64,000 nt of DNA from a bacterium (lineage in GTDB: Bacteria; UBA8248): assembly GCA_965204535.1 (NCBI GenBank), contig CBDBEV010000001.1:672001-736000 (forward strand), read 5' to 3'. The position numbers were made by a program, and so were the translations under genes. Shown one piece after another: positions 19,819 through 29,599 of this stretch. Below the pieces are notes generated by a model. It worked only from the letters and a program-made list of their open reading frames with translations. It made no database searches and had not been told where the DNA came from. The first letter of the stretch is position 1; each line of letters begins with the position of its first letter.

Positions 19819-21075
19819 ATGATTCGAAAACGCATCGTTTTTCTCGTCGTTCCCCTCGCATTTACACTCGCTGCGCTCCTCGCCACAGGTCCTGCGCTCG
19901 CGGCGAAGGGACCCATCAAAATCGGGCTGCTCACCTCCAAGAAGGGCGTTCTCGCCAAGCACGGCTCGGACCAGATGAACGCACTCAAGGTGTTCCGCGA
20001 GAAGTTCGGGGACAAGGTCGCCGGCCGCGATGTGAAATTCTTCATCGAGGACAACGAGAGCAAGGTGGCCCTGGCCGTGACCCGGGTGCGCAAGATGCTC
20101 ACGCGGGACAGGGTCCACATCGCGATGGGCGGTCTTTTCGGCTCGACCGGCTACGCGATTGCGCCGCTGGCCGACAGGTACAAGACCCCGATCCTCATCT
20201 GGTCGTGTCCCGACGATATCTCCAAGCGCAAGCGCAAGAAATACGCGATCACGTATTTCTCCTGCAGCCAGCCCATGCACGCATTCGCCCACTGGGTGCG
20301 GACGGCGATGCCGAACATCAAGAAGGTGATCACCATCGGCCCCGACTACGCCTTCGGCTACGAGTCGACGGGCGGCTTCCAGCAGGTGTTCGAGGACATG
20401 GGCGGCAAGGTGATCCAGAAGATGTACATGCCCATCAACACGGTGGATTACGGACCCTACATCGGCAAGCTCAGAAAAGACGCCGACGCACTGTTCCTCA
20501 CCCTGGCCGCGGCGCAGGGTCTGCGGCTTCCGAAACAGCTCAAAGAAGCCGGCTTGGCGAACAAGTACGTGATCCTGGGCAACGGGACGAACACGGACGA
20601 ATTCGTCATTGACGCACAGGGGGATGAAGTGCTCGGCTGGATTTCGGCCCTGATCTACAGCGCCGACATCCAGACCAAGGACAACCTGGATTTCGTCAAG
20701 GCGTTCCGGAAGCACGCCAAGAAAGACCCCGGCTACTACGCCGAGGGGTATTACGGCGGACTCCGCCTCATCTACAAGGCCATAGAGGAAGTAAACGGCA
20801 ACGTGGAGGACAAGGACAAATTCTTCGCCGCGCTGAGGAACCTCAAGGTGGCCGCCGGCATGCCGGCGGGACCGAGGGCGTCCGACGGCCACGGGACGTT
20901 CAAGATGAACGTCTACGTCCGCATGGTCATGAAGGACGAGACCGGCAAGAAGAAAAACAAGGTCCTGGCGGTCATCCCGAACGTGAGCCAGTTCTGGAAT
21001 TACAAGCCGGACGAGTTCATGAAGAAGCCGCCCTACAGCAGGGATTACCCCCCGTGCAAGCATTGCGCGAAGTAG
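19819..21075 (+). CDS. ABC transporter substrate-binding protein (Peripla_BP_6/LivK-like)
   Basis: Signal peptide, PIKIGLL, DYAFGYE; GAGGAGG RBS; liv operon context. Confidence 0.88.
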   Translation: MIRKRIVFLVVPLAFTLAALLATGPALAAKGPIKIGLLTSKKGVLAKHGSDQMNALKVFREKFGDKVAGRDVKFFIEDNESKVALAVTRVRKMLTRDRVHIAMGGLFGSTGYAIAPLADRYKTPILIWSCPDDISKRKRKKYAITYFSCSQPMHAFAHWVRTAMPNIKKVITIGPDYAFGYESTGGFQQVFEDMGGKVIQKMYMPINTVDYGPYIGKLRKDADALFLTLAAAQGLRLPKQLKEAGLANKYVILGNGTNTDEFVIDAQGDEVLGWISALIYSADIQTKDNLDFVKAFRKHAKKDPGYYAEGYYGGLRLIYKAIEEVNGNVEDKDKFFAALRNLKVAAGMPAGPRASDGHGTFKMNVYVRMVMKDETGKKKNKVLAVIPNVSQFWNYKPDEFMKKPPYSRDYPPCKHCAK

Positions 21076-21098
21076 CGGCCGGTTAAGCGCCTGAACAA

Positions 21099-21150
21099 GG
21101 GCCATCGCGCGCGGATGGGAATTTTTCCATCACCCGCGCGCGGTGGTCCC
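21099..21150 (+). promoter_or_regulatory. intergenic stem-loop after the binding-protein gene (possible mRNA stabiliser/attenuator)
   Basis: gggccatcgcgcgcgg...ccgcgcgcggtggtccc inverted repeat without a U-tract. Confidence 0.45.
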
Positions 21151-21189
21151 CTCGGCCCCACCGAGGCAGGCTGAACGACGCTAAGGAGG

Positions 21190-21972
21190 TTGGTCTTGGA
21201 GCAGGAAGCCCATCAGGGTTCGAACGGGTCCGCCGCGTGTCTGAAGGTAGAGGGGCTAGGCAAGCACTTCGGCGGCCTCGTCGCGGTCAACAACGTCGAC
21301 CTCGTGGTGGAAAACGGCGAACGCCGGGGCATCATCGGCCCGAACGGCGCGGGGAAAACCACGTTTTTCAACATGATAGCGGGGGAACTCGACCCCACGC
21401 ACGGCAAGGTCCATCTCTACGGGGAGGACATCACACGGCTGCCGACCCACCAGCGGACCCATCTCGGCATGGCGAGGACCTTCCAGATCACCAACCTGTT
21501 CCCCAATCTGTCCGTGCTGGACAACGTCCTGCTGGCGGCGCAGGCCCTGGAGAAGTCGAAATTTTCGATGCTCCGCACCATCAAGAGCCATCGGCATATC
21601 TACCAGAAAGCCGAGGAGATGATGAGGAGGCTCAAGCTGTGGGACATACAAACCGATCTCGTCAAGAACCTCTCCCACGGCTACCAGCGCCAGATTGAGA
21701 TCGCCCTCGCTCTGGTCGAGAACCCGAAGGTGCTGCTCCTGGACGAACCCACGGCCGGGCTCTCGCCCGCCGAATCCGCCGAGGTGGTTTCCCTGCTCAA
21801 GGAACTCGACCCGGAGATGACGATGCTCATCATCGAGCACGACATGGACGTCGCCTTCGAGCTGGTGGACAAGCTCATGGTCATGCACGAGGGGGAAGTC
21901 ATCGCCGACGGTCCCAAGGAAGAGGTTCGGGCGAACCAGACCGTTCAGGAGATATACTTAGGCTATGACTGA
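21190..21972 (+). CDS. livG: ABC transporter ATP-binding protein LivG-like
   Basis: GPNGAGKTT, ARTFQI, LLLDEPTAG, IEHDM. Confidence 0.92.
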   Translation: MVLEQEAHQGSNGSAACLKVEGLGKHFGGLVAVNNVDLVVENGERRGIIGPNGAGKTTFFNMIAGELDPTHGKVHLYGEDITRLPTHQRTHLGMARTFQITNLFPNLSVLDNVLLAAQALEKSKFSMLRTIKSHRHIYQKAEEMMRRLKLWDIQTDLVKNLSHGYQRQIEIALALVENPKVLLLDEPTAGLSPAESAEVVSLLKELDPEMTMLIIEHDMDVAFELVDKLMVMHEGEVIADGPKEEVRANQTVQEIYLGYD

Positions 21973-22690
21973 TAACGACCCGATGCTGAAAGTGGACGAC
22001 ATCCACACCTATTACGGGGACAGCTACGTCCTCCAGGGGCTCTCTCTCGAAATCGCCGAGGGCGAGGTAATGGCCGTTCTGGGCCGAAACGGCATGGGCA
22101 AGACCACGCTCATCCGCTCCATCATCGGGTTCACGAAGCCGCGCACGGGGAAAATCTCCTTCGACGGCGCCGACATCACGGCGCTGCAGCCGCACGAGAT
22201 CGTGAGCCTCGGCGTGGCGCTTGTGCCGCAGGGGCGGCGGATATTCCCCTCGCTCACCGTGATGGAAAACCTCCTGCTCGGGGAAAAGGAAGGCGTAGCG
22301 GAAGACGGTGAAGAACCTTGGGACACGGACCGGGTGCTGGCCCTCTTCCCGCGCCTTAAGGAACGCCTGCGCAACATGGGCAATCAGCTGAGCGGCGGGG
22401 AGCAGCAGATGCTCGCCTTCGCCCGCTCGCTGATGACGAACCCCAAGATGCTCCTGCTGGATGAACCGACCGAGGGACTCGCGCCTCTTCTGGTTCGTGC
22501 GATGGGAGATACTCTTTCCAAACTCAAGGAGAGCAAGCTCGCCATCCTGCTGGTCGAGCAGAACATGAAGTTCGCGCTCGCCGCCTGCGATTACGTGCAC
22601 GTGCTGAACCGGGGCCGCGTGGTGCATTCCTCCACGCCGGATGAACTCGCCGCGAACGAGGAGATCAAATCCCGCTTCCTGGGCGTCTGA
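21965..22690 (+). CDS. livF: ABC transporter ATP-binding protein LivF-like
   Basis: GRNGMGKTT, LSGGEQQM, LDEPTEGLAP, VEQN. Confidence 0.92.
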   Translation: MTDNDPMLKVDDIHTYYGDSYVLQGLSLEIAEGEVMAVLGRNGMGKTTLIRSIIGFTKPRTGKISFDGADITALQPHEIVSLGVALVPQGRRIFPSLTVMENLLLGEKEGVAEDGEEPWDTDRVLALFPRLKERLRNMGNQLSGGEQQMLAFARSLMTNPKMLLLDEPTEGLAPLLVRAMGDTLSKLKESKLAILLVEQNMKFALAACDYVHVLNRGRVVHSSTPDELAANEEIKSRFLGV

Positions 22691-22730
22691 TCGCAGAGCG
22701 GCCCCGCACTTCCCGTGAACCCTTAAAAAA

Positions 22731-23417
22731 TCAACCCTCAGAACCGGCGGACGCCGGAAGCGTTTCCGCTTCTTCTGAGGCTGCGCCCTCTTTCGCCCAC
22801 CAGCACTCGTTCATGAACTCGGCCAGGTCCTGTTTGTCGATCACGGCAGATTTGGTGAACAGGGTCATCTGGTCGTCGCCTTCGAGATCGGTCTCGAGCG
22901 CGTCGGTGAAGCGGTTCCACATGTTGAAATAGCCCGAGACCAGCGTCGCCTCGACGAGCTGGGCGTGATCGTAGTGTTTCTTCATGTTCTCCAGCGCCTC
23001 GGGGTTCCGGGAGAAGGTGTATTTCGTCAGGTGATAGGCCCAGGCGATGGCCGCCTTCTCGGCGTCGTTGAACAGATCCGAATCCTGATACGCGTCGTCC
23101 CTCACGGCGTCAATCTGCGCATCCGACAGCCCGCACGCTCGACCGAACGTGACGTTGTGGGCCGTTCAGTACTTACACCCGTTTTCCATCGAAGTCTTCA
23201 AGATCAGGAGCGCCTTCGTCTTCGCGTCGAGCACGTCTGTAATCTCCGCCCGGCACAGCGAGATCAGAAAGCCGAACAGCGGCTGGAGCATCCTCGGGCT
23301 GGCCGAACTCACGCGGATAGCGTTCGCCACGCGGCCGAACATCTTGCGGCTCGCGTCGAACACCACGGCGGCCTCGGGGCCTGCCTCTTCATCGCTCAGA
23401 ATCGGTAGTTGCGCCAT
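22731..23417 (-). CDS. carboxymuconolactone decarboxylase/AhpD-like selenoprotein (CxxU, Sec at TGA 23168-23166)
   Basis: ORFs 23166..23417 and 22731..23105 are in the same frame and read through as ...TSMENGCKY-U-TAHNVTFGRACGLSDAQID...AEKAAIAWA...FNMWNRF; SECIS follows; selA/selB are in the window. Confidence 0.88.
23126..23165 (-). promoter_or_regulatory. bacterial SECIS element
   Basis: UGA-ACGGCCC-ACAACGU-CACGUUC-[GGUC]-GAGCGUG-C-GGGCUGU: lower and upper 7-bp stems, G-initiated apical loop 21 nt after UGA. Confidence 0.8.
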
Positions 23418-23448
23418 CGAAGTTTCCTCCCGATACGGGTTATAAGGC

Positions 23449-24189
23449 TTAATTCACCGGCGGCCACAGGCGGCGGCCCACGCTCGGGCTGCCGGGCGCA
23501 TGGATGAGCGATCTCACCACCCGGCCCGACCACCCGCTCTCATCGAGCGAGAGGCTCTCGTGCTTCTGGAACCCCTCCTCCCGCGCTTCGAGCGAGGTGA
23601 ACTCATACATGATCGAATGCTTGGCCCAGCCTGCGGCGGAGAGCAGCTTTCTCGCGCCGATGCAGCCGGGCATCCCCTCCATGAATTTCAGGCGGTACTG
23701 TGCGTACCATGCGCCGAGGTCGTGCTCCGCCTCCGCGTCCCGGGAGATGAACTGCCCCATCTGGATCGCGGGGCCGGGCGTAATGCCGGGGCCTCTCGCG
23801 GCGACGTCGGGTCCGTCTACGCGGGCCTCCTCGCTGAAAATGCACTCGCGATATCCCACGCGAAGGCTTAAGTTGGCCTTCGTCTCATCGTCGTAATCTT
23901 TCGCGATATCGGCGAGCGTGGGGTCGAAAAAGGCGTGTGGCGAGACCGCCCCGATGAGGAGCACGTACCCCGTGCCGCCGGGAAGCTCACCGGGTGCTGT
24001 GTAGGTGAGCGCCGTGTTCTTCACCTGCTCCATCTGCGCCCCCTCATCTGCGACTTCATAATGCGCCGCCCACAGGAAGCCAGATCGCCGAAGCATGGCC
24101 GGCAGGTATTTGCCATGCAGCCACGCAAAATACTCTTCTTTATTATCTTCTGTCAGGTCGTACCAGGACGCCCAGATTCCTCGATCCAT
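23449..24189 (-). CDS. hypothetical protein, likely two dimeric alpha/beta barrel (EthD/DUF4286-like) domains
   Basis: Twice-repeated pattern W..GKYLPAML..SGFL.A / WY.QYRL..M..MPGCIGA; co-oriented with the cupin and CMD genes. Confidence 0.55.
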   Translation of the reverse strand: MDRGIWASWYDLTEDNKEEYFAWLHGKYLPAMLRRSGFLWAAHYEVADEGAQMEQVKNTALTYTAPGELPGGTGYVLLIGAVSPHAFFDPTLADIAKDYDDETKANLSLRVGYRECIFSEEARVDGPDVAARGPGITPGPAIQMGQFISRDAEAEHDLGAWYAQYRLKFMEGMPGCIGARKLLSAAGWAKHSIMYEFTSLEAREEGFQKHESLSLDESGWSGRVVRSLIHAPGSPSVGRRLWPPVN

Positions 24190-24221
24190 TACATGACTCC
24201 ATCCATAAAGTTGGTGAGACG

Positions 24222-24605
24222 CTACTGCACGAAGGTCGTGCCCGCCTTGTCCTGGTGGGAGCAGTTCCCGTAGGTGGCGATGAGCTCGGCGGGCTCGGTC
24301 TCGCTCGGGTTCTCCTGCCCGTGCGGCTCGCCCGCGGGCGCGTAGCAGAAATGGCCCGCCTCGACGAGGTGTTTTTCGGGATTTTTCGGGTCGCCGCAAT
24401 AGACGTAGATCGGCCCCTTGTTCACATAGAACACCGCGTCGCACGTGTGGGTGTGCATCTTGTTCTTCCCGCCCGGTGGGATGATGGTGCGCTGCATGGT
24501 CATGACCCTGGTGTCCGTCGTCTCGTCGTTCACCCCCCACATGATGGAGTAGGGAGGCTCATAGGCGTTGTCCTTGTCCACGCTCATGGAATTGATGATT
24601 TTCAT
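24222..24605 (-). CDS. cupin domain protein
   Basis: IPPGG..KMHTH.CD..FYV.KG and AGHFCYAPAGEPH..EN; AGGAG RBS. Confidence 0.85.
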   Translation of the reverse strand: MKIINSMSVDKDNAYEPPYSIMWGVNDETTDTRVMTMQRTIIPPGGKNKMHTHTCDAVFYVNKGPIYVYCGDPKNPEKHLVEAGHFCYAPAGEPHGQENPSETEPAELIATYGNCSHQDKAGTTFVQ

Positions 24606-24796
24606 GAATCTTCTCTCCTTGAATCCTCGGTTCGCGTCCGCGGCGCACGCATAAGAACGGGTGGGATGAAAGTTTGCTACGGCCAGCCGATTGGTGGAAT
24701 AATACGCAAACCCGTAGAACAAAACCACTTCATCAAAGTGATGAAGAACGCTTCGGGGTCGGCAGGAACGAAAGGCCCCATGAGACAGGACGATCC

Positions 24797-25375
24797 ATGG
24801 CTTCGGACAACGAATCGGCGAACGCACCAAGCCCCACGATGCTGCGCCTCGAAATTTATCTGGCCGCGGCGATGATGCTCCTCTCTGTGGGCTTCGCCGT
24901 CTTTATGCCCTACCTGATCGCGACGGGTGGCATTACCTCGGCGCAGGATTTCCTGCGCCTCACGCCCGTTTTTTTCCCGAGGCTCGCCTTCGCCGTGCTG
25001 GCCGCCCTGTGCGCGTTCTACCTGCTGGACGCCTGGCGAAGGGCGCGCTACGTCCGCTCCGACGCAAACCCGGATGAAGCGGCGCGCTTCCAGCGCGGGG
25101 CGGTGATGATCGTCGTCATCGCCGCCTATTCTCTCCTCGTTTCGGCGCTTGGCTACGGCCTCTCGACGCTTCTAATGGCGGGGGCGGTCATCTGGTATCT
25201 GGGCATACGGCAGATATGGATCGTCGCTTCCGTCTCCGTCCTCATGCCCATCGTCGTGCGTTTCATCTTCGAGAGACTGCTCCTCATCTCGCTTCCGAGG
25301 AGCGATTACGAGGCCATCGCCGTCGTCGAGGACGCCATCATGAAGTTTCTCTCCGGCATTTTTCTCGGGAAATAG
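24797..25375 (+). CDS. tctB: tripartite tricarboxylate transporter TctB family
   Basis: Four to five TM segments, PVFFP, LGY..ST, F..LL.ISLP; upstream of tctA. Confidence 0.75.
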   Translation: MASDNESANAPSPTMLRLEIYLAAAMMLLSVGFAVFMPYLIATGGITSAQDFLRLTPVFFPRLAFAVLAALCAFYLLDAWRRARYVRSDANPDEAARFQRGAVMIVVIAAYSLLVSALGYGLSTLLMAGAVIWYLGIRQIWIVASVSVLMPIVVRFIFERLLLISLPRSDYEAIAVVEDAIMKFLSGIFLGK

Positions 25376-25387
25376 GGAGCCAGGAAC

Positions 25388-26893
25388 TTGCTCGACGCCT
25401 TCCTGCAAGCCTTCGCCCTCCTGATGCGGGTGGATACCTATCTCTACATCTGCGCGGGGCTGACCATCGGCATGTTCGTGGGCGCGATGCCGGGCCTCAC
25501 CACCATTCTCGCGATGTCGGTGCTCCTGCCGATTTCCTTCAAGCTCGAACCCATGCTCGGCATCCCGTTTCTGATCGGCATCTACAAGGGCGGCATCTAC
25601 GGGGGCAGCATCCCCGCGATTCTGGTCGGCATCCCGGGAACGGGCGCATCCATCGCCACGACTTTCGACGGCCCGGCGCTCACGCGCAAGGGCGAAGGTC
25701 GAAAGGCGCTCGAGATGGCGCTGTTCTCCTCCACCATCGCCGATACGCTGTCCGACATCTTCACGCTTGCGCTCATCGGCCCCATCGCCATCATCACGCT
25801 CTTGATCGGCCCGCCCGAGGTGTTCGCCGTCATCATCTTCTCGCTCGTGCTCATCGCGAGCGTATCGAGCGATTCTGGCTTGAAGGGCGCCATCGCCGCC
25901 TGCATCGGCATGGGGCTCGGCTTCATCGGCACGGACGCCACCACCGGCGCGACGCGCATGACGTTCGGCCTCGAAGCCCTGAGCGGAGGCATTCCCCTCA
26001 TCCCGCTGGCCATCGGCATCTTCGCGATGCCCGAGGTGCTCGAAGCGGTCGAAACGCGCACCGTGCGCTTCATCAGCGAACACGTCGACCTCGCCAAGGC
26101 GGGAGAGCGCCTGCGCTGGCGCGAGTTCAAGGCGTCTATCCGCTCCATCCTGCGCTCGACCGCCATCGGTACGGGCATCGGCATGGTGCCGGGCGTGGGG
26201 CAGGTGGTGGCCGCCTTCATCGGCTACAGCGCGGCGAAGCGCGCATCCAAAAATCCGGAGAACTTCGGCAAGGGCGAACTCGACGGCGTCGCCGCGCCCG
26301 AAGCCGCGAACAACGCCGTGAACGGCCCCACGCTGGTCCCCCTGCTGACGCTGGGCATCCCCGGAGACAACGTGACGGCCATCCTGCTGGGCGCGTTCGT
26401 GGCGCACGGGATGCGGCCGGGACCCCAGATATTCCAGGAACAGGGCGCGCTCATGTACGCGCTCATCCTCACGATGGTGCTGGCGAACGTGCTGTTCTTC
26501 TTCCTGGGCTACGTTCTCTTGAAACCCTTCGCCCGCGCCATTCAGTTCAAAAAGGCGTATCTCATCCCCGTCATCGTTGCGCTCGCCTTCGTGGGTACGC
26601 TCTCGACGGGGGCGAACACCGACGTGATCCTGATGGTCATCATCGGTGTATGCGCCTATATTCTCAGAAAATTCAAGTTCGACCTGGCGCCCCTGATCAT
26701 CGCCTTTGTGCTGGCCGAGCCGATAGAGTATCGTTTGAGCCAGTCGATGCTCTACGCAAAGGGGGCCCCGTTCTCGTACCTGTTCCTGCAACGTCCGATA
26801 GCGTCCGCCTTTCTCATAGCGGCGCTGGTGTGGATCGCATTTCTCATTCTTCGCCCGATGTGGCAGCGCGCCAAGGGGTCCGCCGCTTCATGA
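25388..26893 (+). CDS. tctA: tripartite tricarboxylate transporter permease TctA
   Basis: GAMPGL, YGGSIPAILVGIPGT, APEAANNA, PLLTLGIPG. Confidence 0.93.
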   Translation: MLDAFLQAFALLMRVDTYLYICAGLTIGMFVGAMPGLTTILAMSVLLPISFKLEPMLGIPFLIGIYKGGIYGGSIPAILVGIPGTGASIATTFDGPALTRKGEGRKALEMALFSSTIADTLSDIFTLALIGPIAIITLLIGPPEVFAVIIFSLVLIASVSSDSGLKGAIAACIGMGLGFIGTDATTGATRMTFGLEALSGGIPLIPLAIGIFAMPEVLEAVETRTVRFISEHVDLAKAGERLRWREFKASIRSILRSTAIGTGIGMVPGVGQVVAAFIGYSAAKRASKNPENFGKGELDGVAAPEAANNAVNGPTLVPLLTLGIPGDNVTAILLGAFVAHGMRPGPQIFQEQGALMYALILTMVLANVLFFFLGYVLLKPFARAIQFKKAYLIPVIVALAFVGTLSTGANTDVILMVIIGVCAYILRKFKFDLAPLIIAFVLAEPIEYRLSQSMLYAKGAPFSYLFLQRPIASAFLIAALVWIAFLILRPMWQRAKGSAAS

Positions 26894-26919
26894 GGGCACA
26901 TTCATCAAAGGAGACCATC

Positions 26920-27900
26920 ATGAAAAAACGCTTCTTCGTCATCCTGGCCGCGCTGGCGCTCGTTGTCGCGCTGGGAGCCCCCTCCGCGAGCACGGCGGCC
27001 TATCCGGACAGGCCCATCACGCTCGTTCTGCCCGTTGGCGCGGGCGGCAGCCACGACCTCCACGCGCGCGGCATCACGAGCATCATCGCCGACATCCTCG
27101 GCCAGCCCATGGTCGTGAAGCTCGTGCCCGGCGGCGCGGGCATGAAGGGCACCGGCTTCGTCGCCAAGGCCAAGCCGGACGGCTACACCCTGCTCTTCAC
27201 GCACAACGGCTTCGACCAACTCGTGCCGCAGACCCGCAAGGTTCCCTTCGACACGCTGCGTGATTTCTCGGCCGTCGCCAAGATCAACCACGGGCAGCCG
27301 GTGTTCTTCTCGCTCGCGAACAGGCCGTGGAAGAACATGAAGGAATTCGTCGCCTACGCCAAGAAAAACCCCGGCAAGGTCAACTGGGGCCACAGCGGCG
27401 TATGGGGCGCGGGCCACGTGCCCTCCATGCAGTTCGTGCGCGCGGCGGGCATCAAGGTGAACTTCATTCCGCATAAGGGCGGCGGCCCCGCGCTGCGCGC
27501 CGTCCTCTCGGGCCAGGACGACGTGGGCATCGCCTTCCCGACCCAGCTTCGCCCCCACAAGAAGGCCGGAAAAGTCACCGTGCTCGCGCTCACGGGCGAT
27601 ATGCGCCTCTCGAAGGACCCGGACTTCAAGGAAGTCCCGACCACCACGGAACTCGGCTACAAGGGCGTGGGCTTCACGATGGACCGCATCTTCATGGCGC
27701 CCTCCAAGACGCCCGCCGACAGGCTGAAGAAGCTCCGGGACGCTTTCGAGAAGCTCACGAAGAACAAGTCCTTCAAGCGCTTCATGCGCAGTATCGGCGA
27801 GAACGTGGTGTTCGTTAGCGGCGCGGATTATGAAAAAACCAGAAAGCCGAACTTCGACGGCTACACGCAGCTCATCAAGGCCATGACGATGAAGAAATAG
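26920..27900 (+). CDS. tctC: tripartite tricarboxylate transporter substrate-binding protein (Bug/TctC)
   Basis: Signal peptide, YPDRPITLVLPVGAGGSHD, KPDGYTL, IPHKGGGP, VPT..ELG. Confidence 0.92.
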   Translation: MKKRFFVILAALALVVALGAPSASTAAYPDRPITLVLPVGAGGSHDLHARGITSIIADILGQPMVVKLVPGGAGMKGTGFVAKAKPDGYTLLFTHNGFDQLVPQTRKVPFDTLRDFSAVAKINHGQPVFFSLANRPWKNMKEFVAYAKKNPGKVNWGHSGVWGAGHVPSMQFVRAAGIKVNFIPHKGGGPALRAVLSGQDDVGIAFPTQLRPHKKAGKVTVLALTGDMRLSKDPDFKEVPTTTELGYKGVGFTMDRIFMAPSKTPADRLKKLRDAFEKLTKNKSFKRFMRSIGENVVFVSGADYEKTRKPNFDGYTQLIKAMTMKK

Positions 27901-28011
27901 GTTTACAGGGCCAAGCATTATCGGGGGTGAGCGGTGGTGGCCGAAACGCGCACCGCTCACTCCCTTTGTTTTTTCGTGGGCAAAGCTAATCATCCCCGCC
28001 GCAAGCTGCGC

Positions 28012-28036
28012 GATTCCGGCGGATGCCGGAATGACG
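28012..28036. repeat. CGTC-type REP-like palindrome
   Basis: gattccggcggatgccggaatgacg, similar to 5088-5115. Confidence 0.6.
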
Positions 28037-28267
28037 AACAAACCATCTATTTCCATTCACGAACGCGCGAACCGCCCCTACGGAACACCCCCCTCTTCGA
28101 TCGGCGAACCTTCCAGCAACTAACGTCCGCAGCAGCCAGAATGGCCTCTCGTTTCCGATTCCCGGCGCCGCTTGGCGAAACGAAGACTCCAAGCTATATT
28201 TGCCCCCGAACGAAGCAAGACCGGATTCTCACACTCTCGAAAACTCACGCGCAGGGAGGCTCCTGTT

Positions 28268-28687
28268 TTGGCCGACATCATCACAGGCATGATCAAACGC
28301 TACGCGGCAGACGATCGCTTCACGCCCGAACCTGACCCTTCGGGCCGCTCCATCCGGCTCGTCATGAACGACGTCTGCTGGTTCGAAATCGCGAAAAACG
28401 AGGCCGAGGGCAAACTCCGCATCAGCTTCGCCACCAAAGACCGTTATATGAACGAGGACATCGAACTCGCCATCCTCGACAGCAAGGACCCGATTGACGA
28501 TTTCGTCTATGACGGTATGGAGGAAGCGGGCGAGGAGGAAGAGCACAAGGTGGAGCACTACCACGACGGCGTGTTCCGCTACGCCATCGACCTGCCGCTC
28601 GACAGGGCGGGCGTGGACGAGCAGGCGGCGCGGGTGCTCGACGGGCTGTTCTACACCTTCGAGGAGTACGCCGAAGGCGACGACTAG
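28268..28687 (+). CDS. hypothetical acidic protein
   Basis: Host-like codon usage, GGAGG RBS before TTG; no motif recognised. Confidence 0.6.
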   Translation: MADIITGMIKRYAADDRFTPEPDPSGRSIRLVMNDVCWFEIAKNEAEGKLRISFATKDRYMNEDIELAILDSKDPIDDFVYDGMEEAGEEEEHKVEHYHDGVFRYAIDLPLDRAGVDEQAARVLDGLFYTFEEYAEGDD

Positions 28688-28733
28688 CCTTTCATACTTC
28701 GCTGCGAGAGTCCGGGTTCTCGTCCGAGCGATT

Positions 28734-29000
28734 GGGCAGACACACAGGTCCGCCCCTACCCAAAACGCGAAGGTATTGTAGGGGCCGCATATATGCGGCC
28801 CGGCCTTTCGCCGACAAAACACGGGTCGCATAATATGCGACCCCTACAAAAAACATGCGCACTTCGATAGGCGGCTTCGCCGCTACTCAGGGTGAGGAGG
28901 AAGAATCCAGGGGTTTCATCTTTTACTTTCGTAGGGACAGGTCGCGACCTCTCCCTACAAAACCTGCAACCCCCCTTCGTTATACTTTTTTCAACAAACC
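28734..29000. repeat. cluster of GTAG-type REP palindromes
   Basis: gggcagac..gtccgcccctac (28734-28759); gtaggggccgcatatatgcggccc (28778-28801) facing gggtcgcataatatgcgacccctac (28823-28847); gtagggacaggtcgcgacctctccctac (28931-28958). Confidence 0.8.
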
Positions 29001-29070
29001 TCTCAAGGAGGTACGAGAAAACCCAAGCAGAAAAAAGAAGTCGTTGCCTGAAGCATATCATTCCCATTGA

Positions 29071-29493
29071 TTAAGGATTATCACCCAGAATCTGCACCTC
29101 CACCCGCCTGCGCCTCGGGCGGTTGTCGAAATCGACCAGGACGATCTGTTGCCACGTACCGATGACGAGCGCGCCTTCCCGGACAGGAAGAGAGAGGCTC
29201 GGCCCCAGCAGGGCGGCGCGGACGTGGGAGAAGCCGTTCTCGTCCCCCCAGCGCGCATCGTGCGCATAGGCGATGCCCTCGGGCGCGATGCGGGCGATAG
29301 CGTCTTTCAAATCCGAAACCGCGCCGGGTTCATACTCTATCGTCGTGAGGCCCGCCGTCGAGCCGGGCGTGAAGGCCAGGACGATCCCGCTCTGCACCCC
29401 GCTCGCCGAAACGACGCGCTCCACCTGCGGGGTGATGTCCAGAACGTCCGTAAACCCCTTCGTCTCGACCACGAAGCCCTCTTCAAACGCCAC
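29071..29493 (-). CDS. yjbQ: YjbQ/UPF0047 family (secondary thiamine-phosphate synthase)
   Basis: DIT, GSTAGLTTIE, NGFSHVRAALLG, GTWQQI..DFD. Confidence 0.92.
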   Translation of the reverse strand: MAFEEGFVVETKGFTDVLDITPQVERVVSASGVQSGIVLAFTPGSTAGLTTIEYEPGAVSDLKDAIARIAPEGIAYAHDARWGDENGFSHVRAALLGPSLSLPVREGALVIGTWQQIVLVDFDNRPRRRRVEVQILGDNP

Positions 29494-29548
29494 GGAGATG
29501 TCTCCTCTGTTTCAGGTTGCGCATGAAGTCCTTTGGAAAAACCAGACG

Positions 29549-29582
29549 AAAAAAAGCGGCCCCCGTTCGAGAGGCCGCTTTT
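29549..29582 (-). terminator. intrinsic terminator after citrate synthase
   Basis: aaaaaaagcggcc...ggccgctttt. Confidence 0.7.
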
Positions 29583-29599
29583 CGGCTTGCTTATTGAAT

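Noticed and set aside
22731-23417. Two small separate ORFs or a nonsense pseudogene
   Set aside because: The stop is TGA at a conserved Cys position, in frame, and followed by a SECIS-like hairpin; recoding explains it better.
25216-27900. 894-aa ORF suggesting a TctA-TctC fusion
   Set aside because: The upstream part is an off-frame shadow of tctA; the real TctC starts at 26920 with an RBS and signal peptide.
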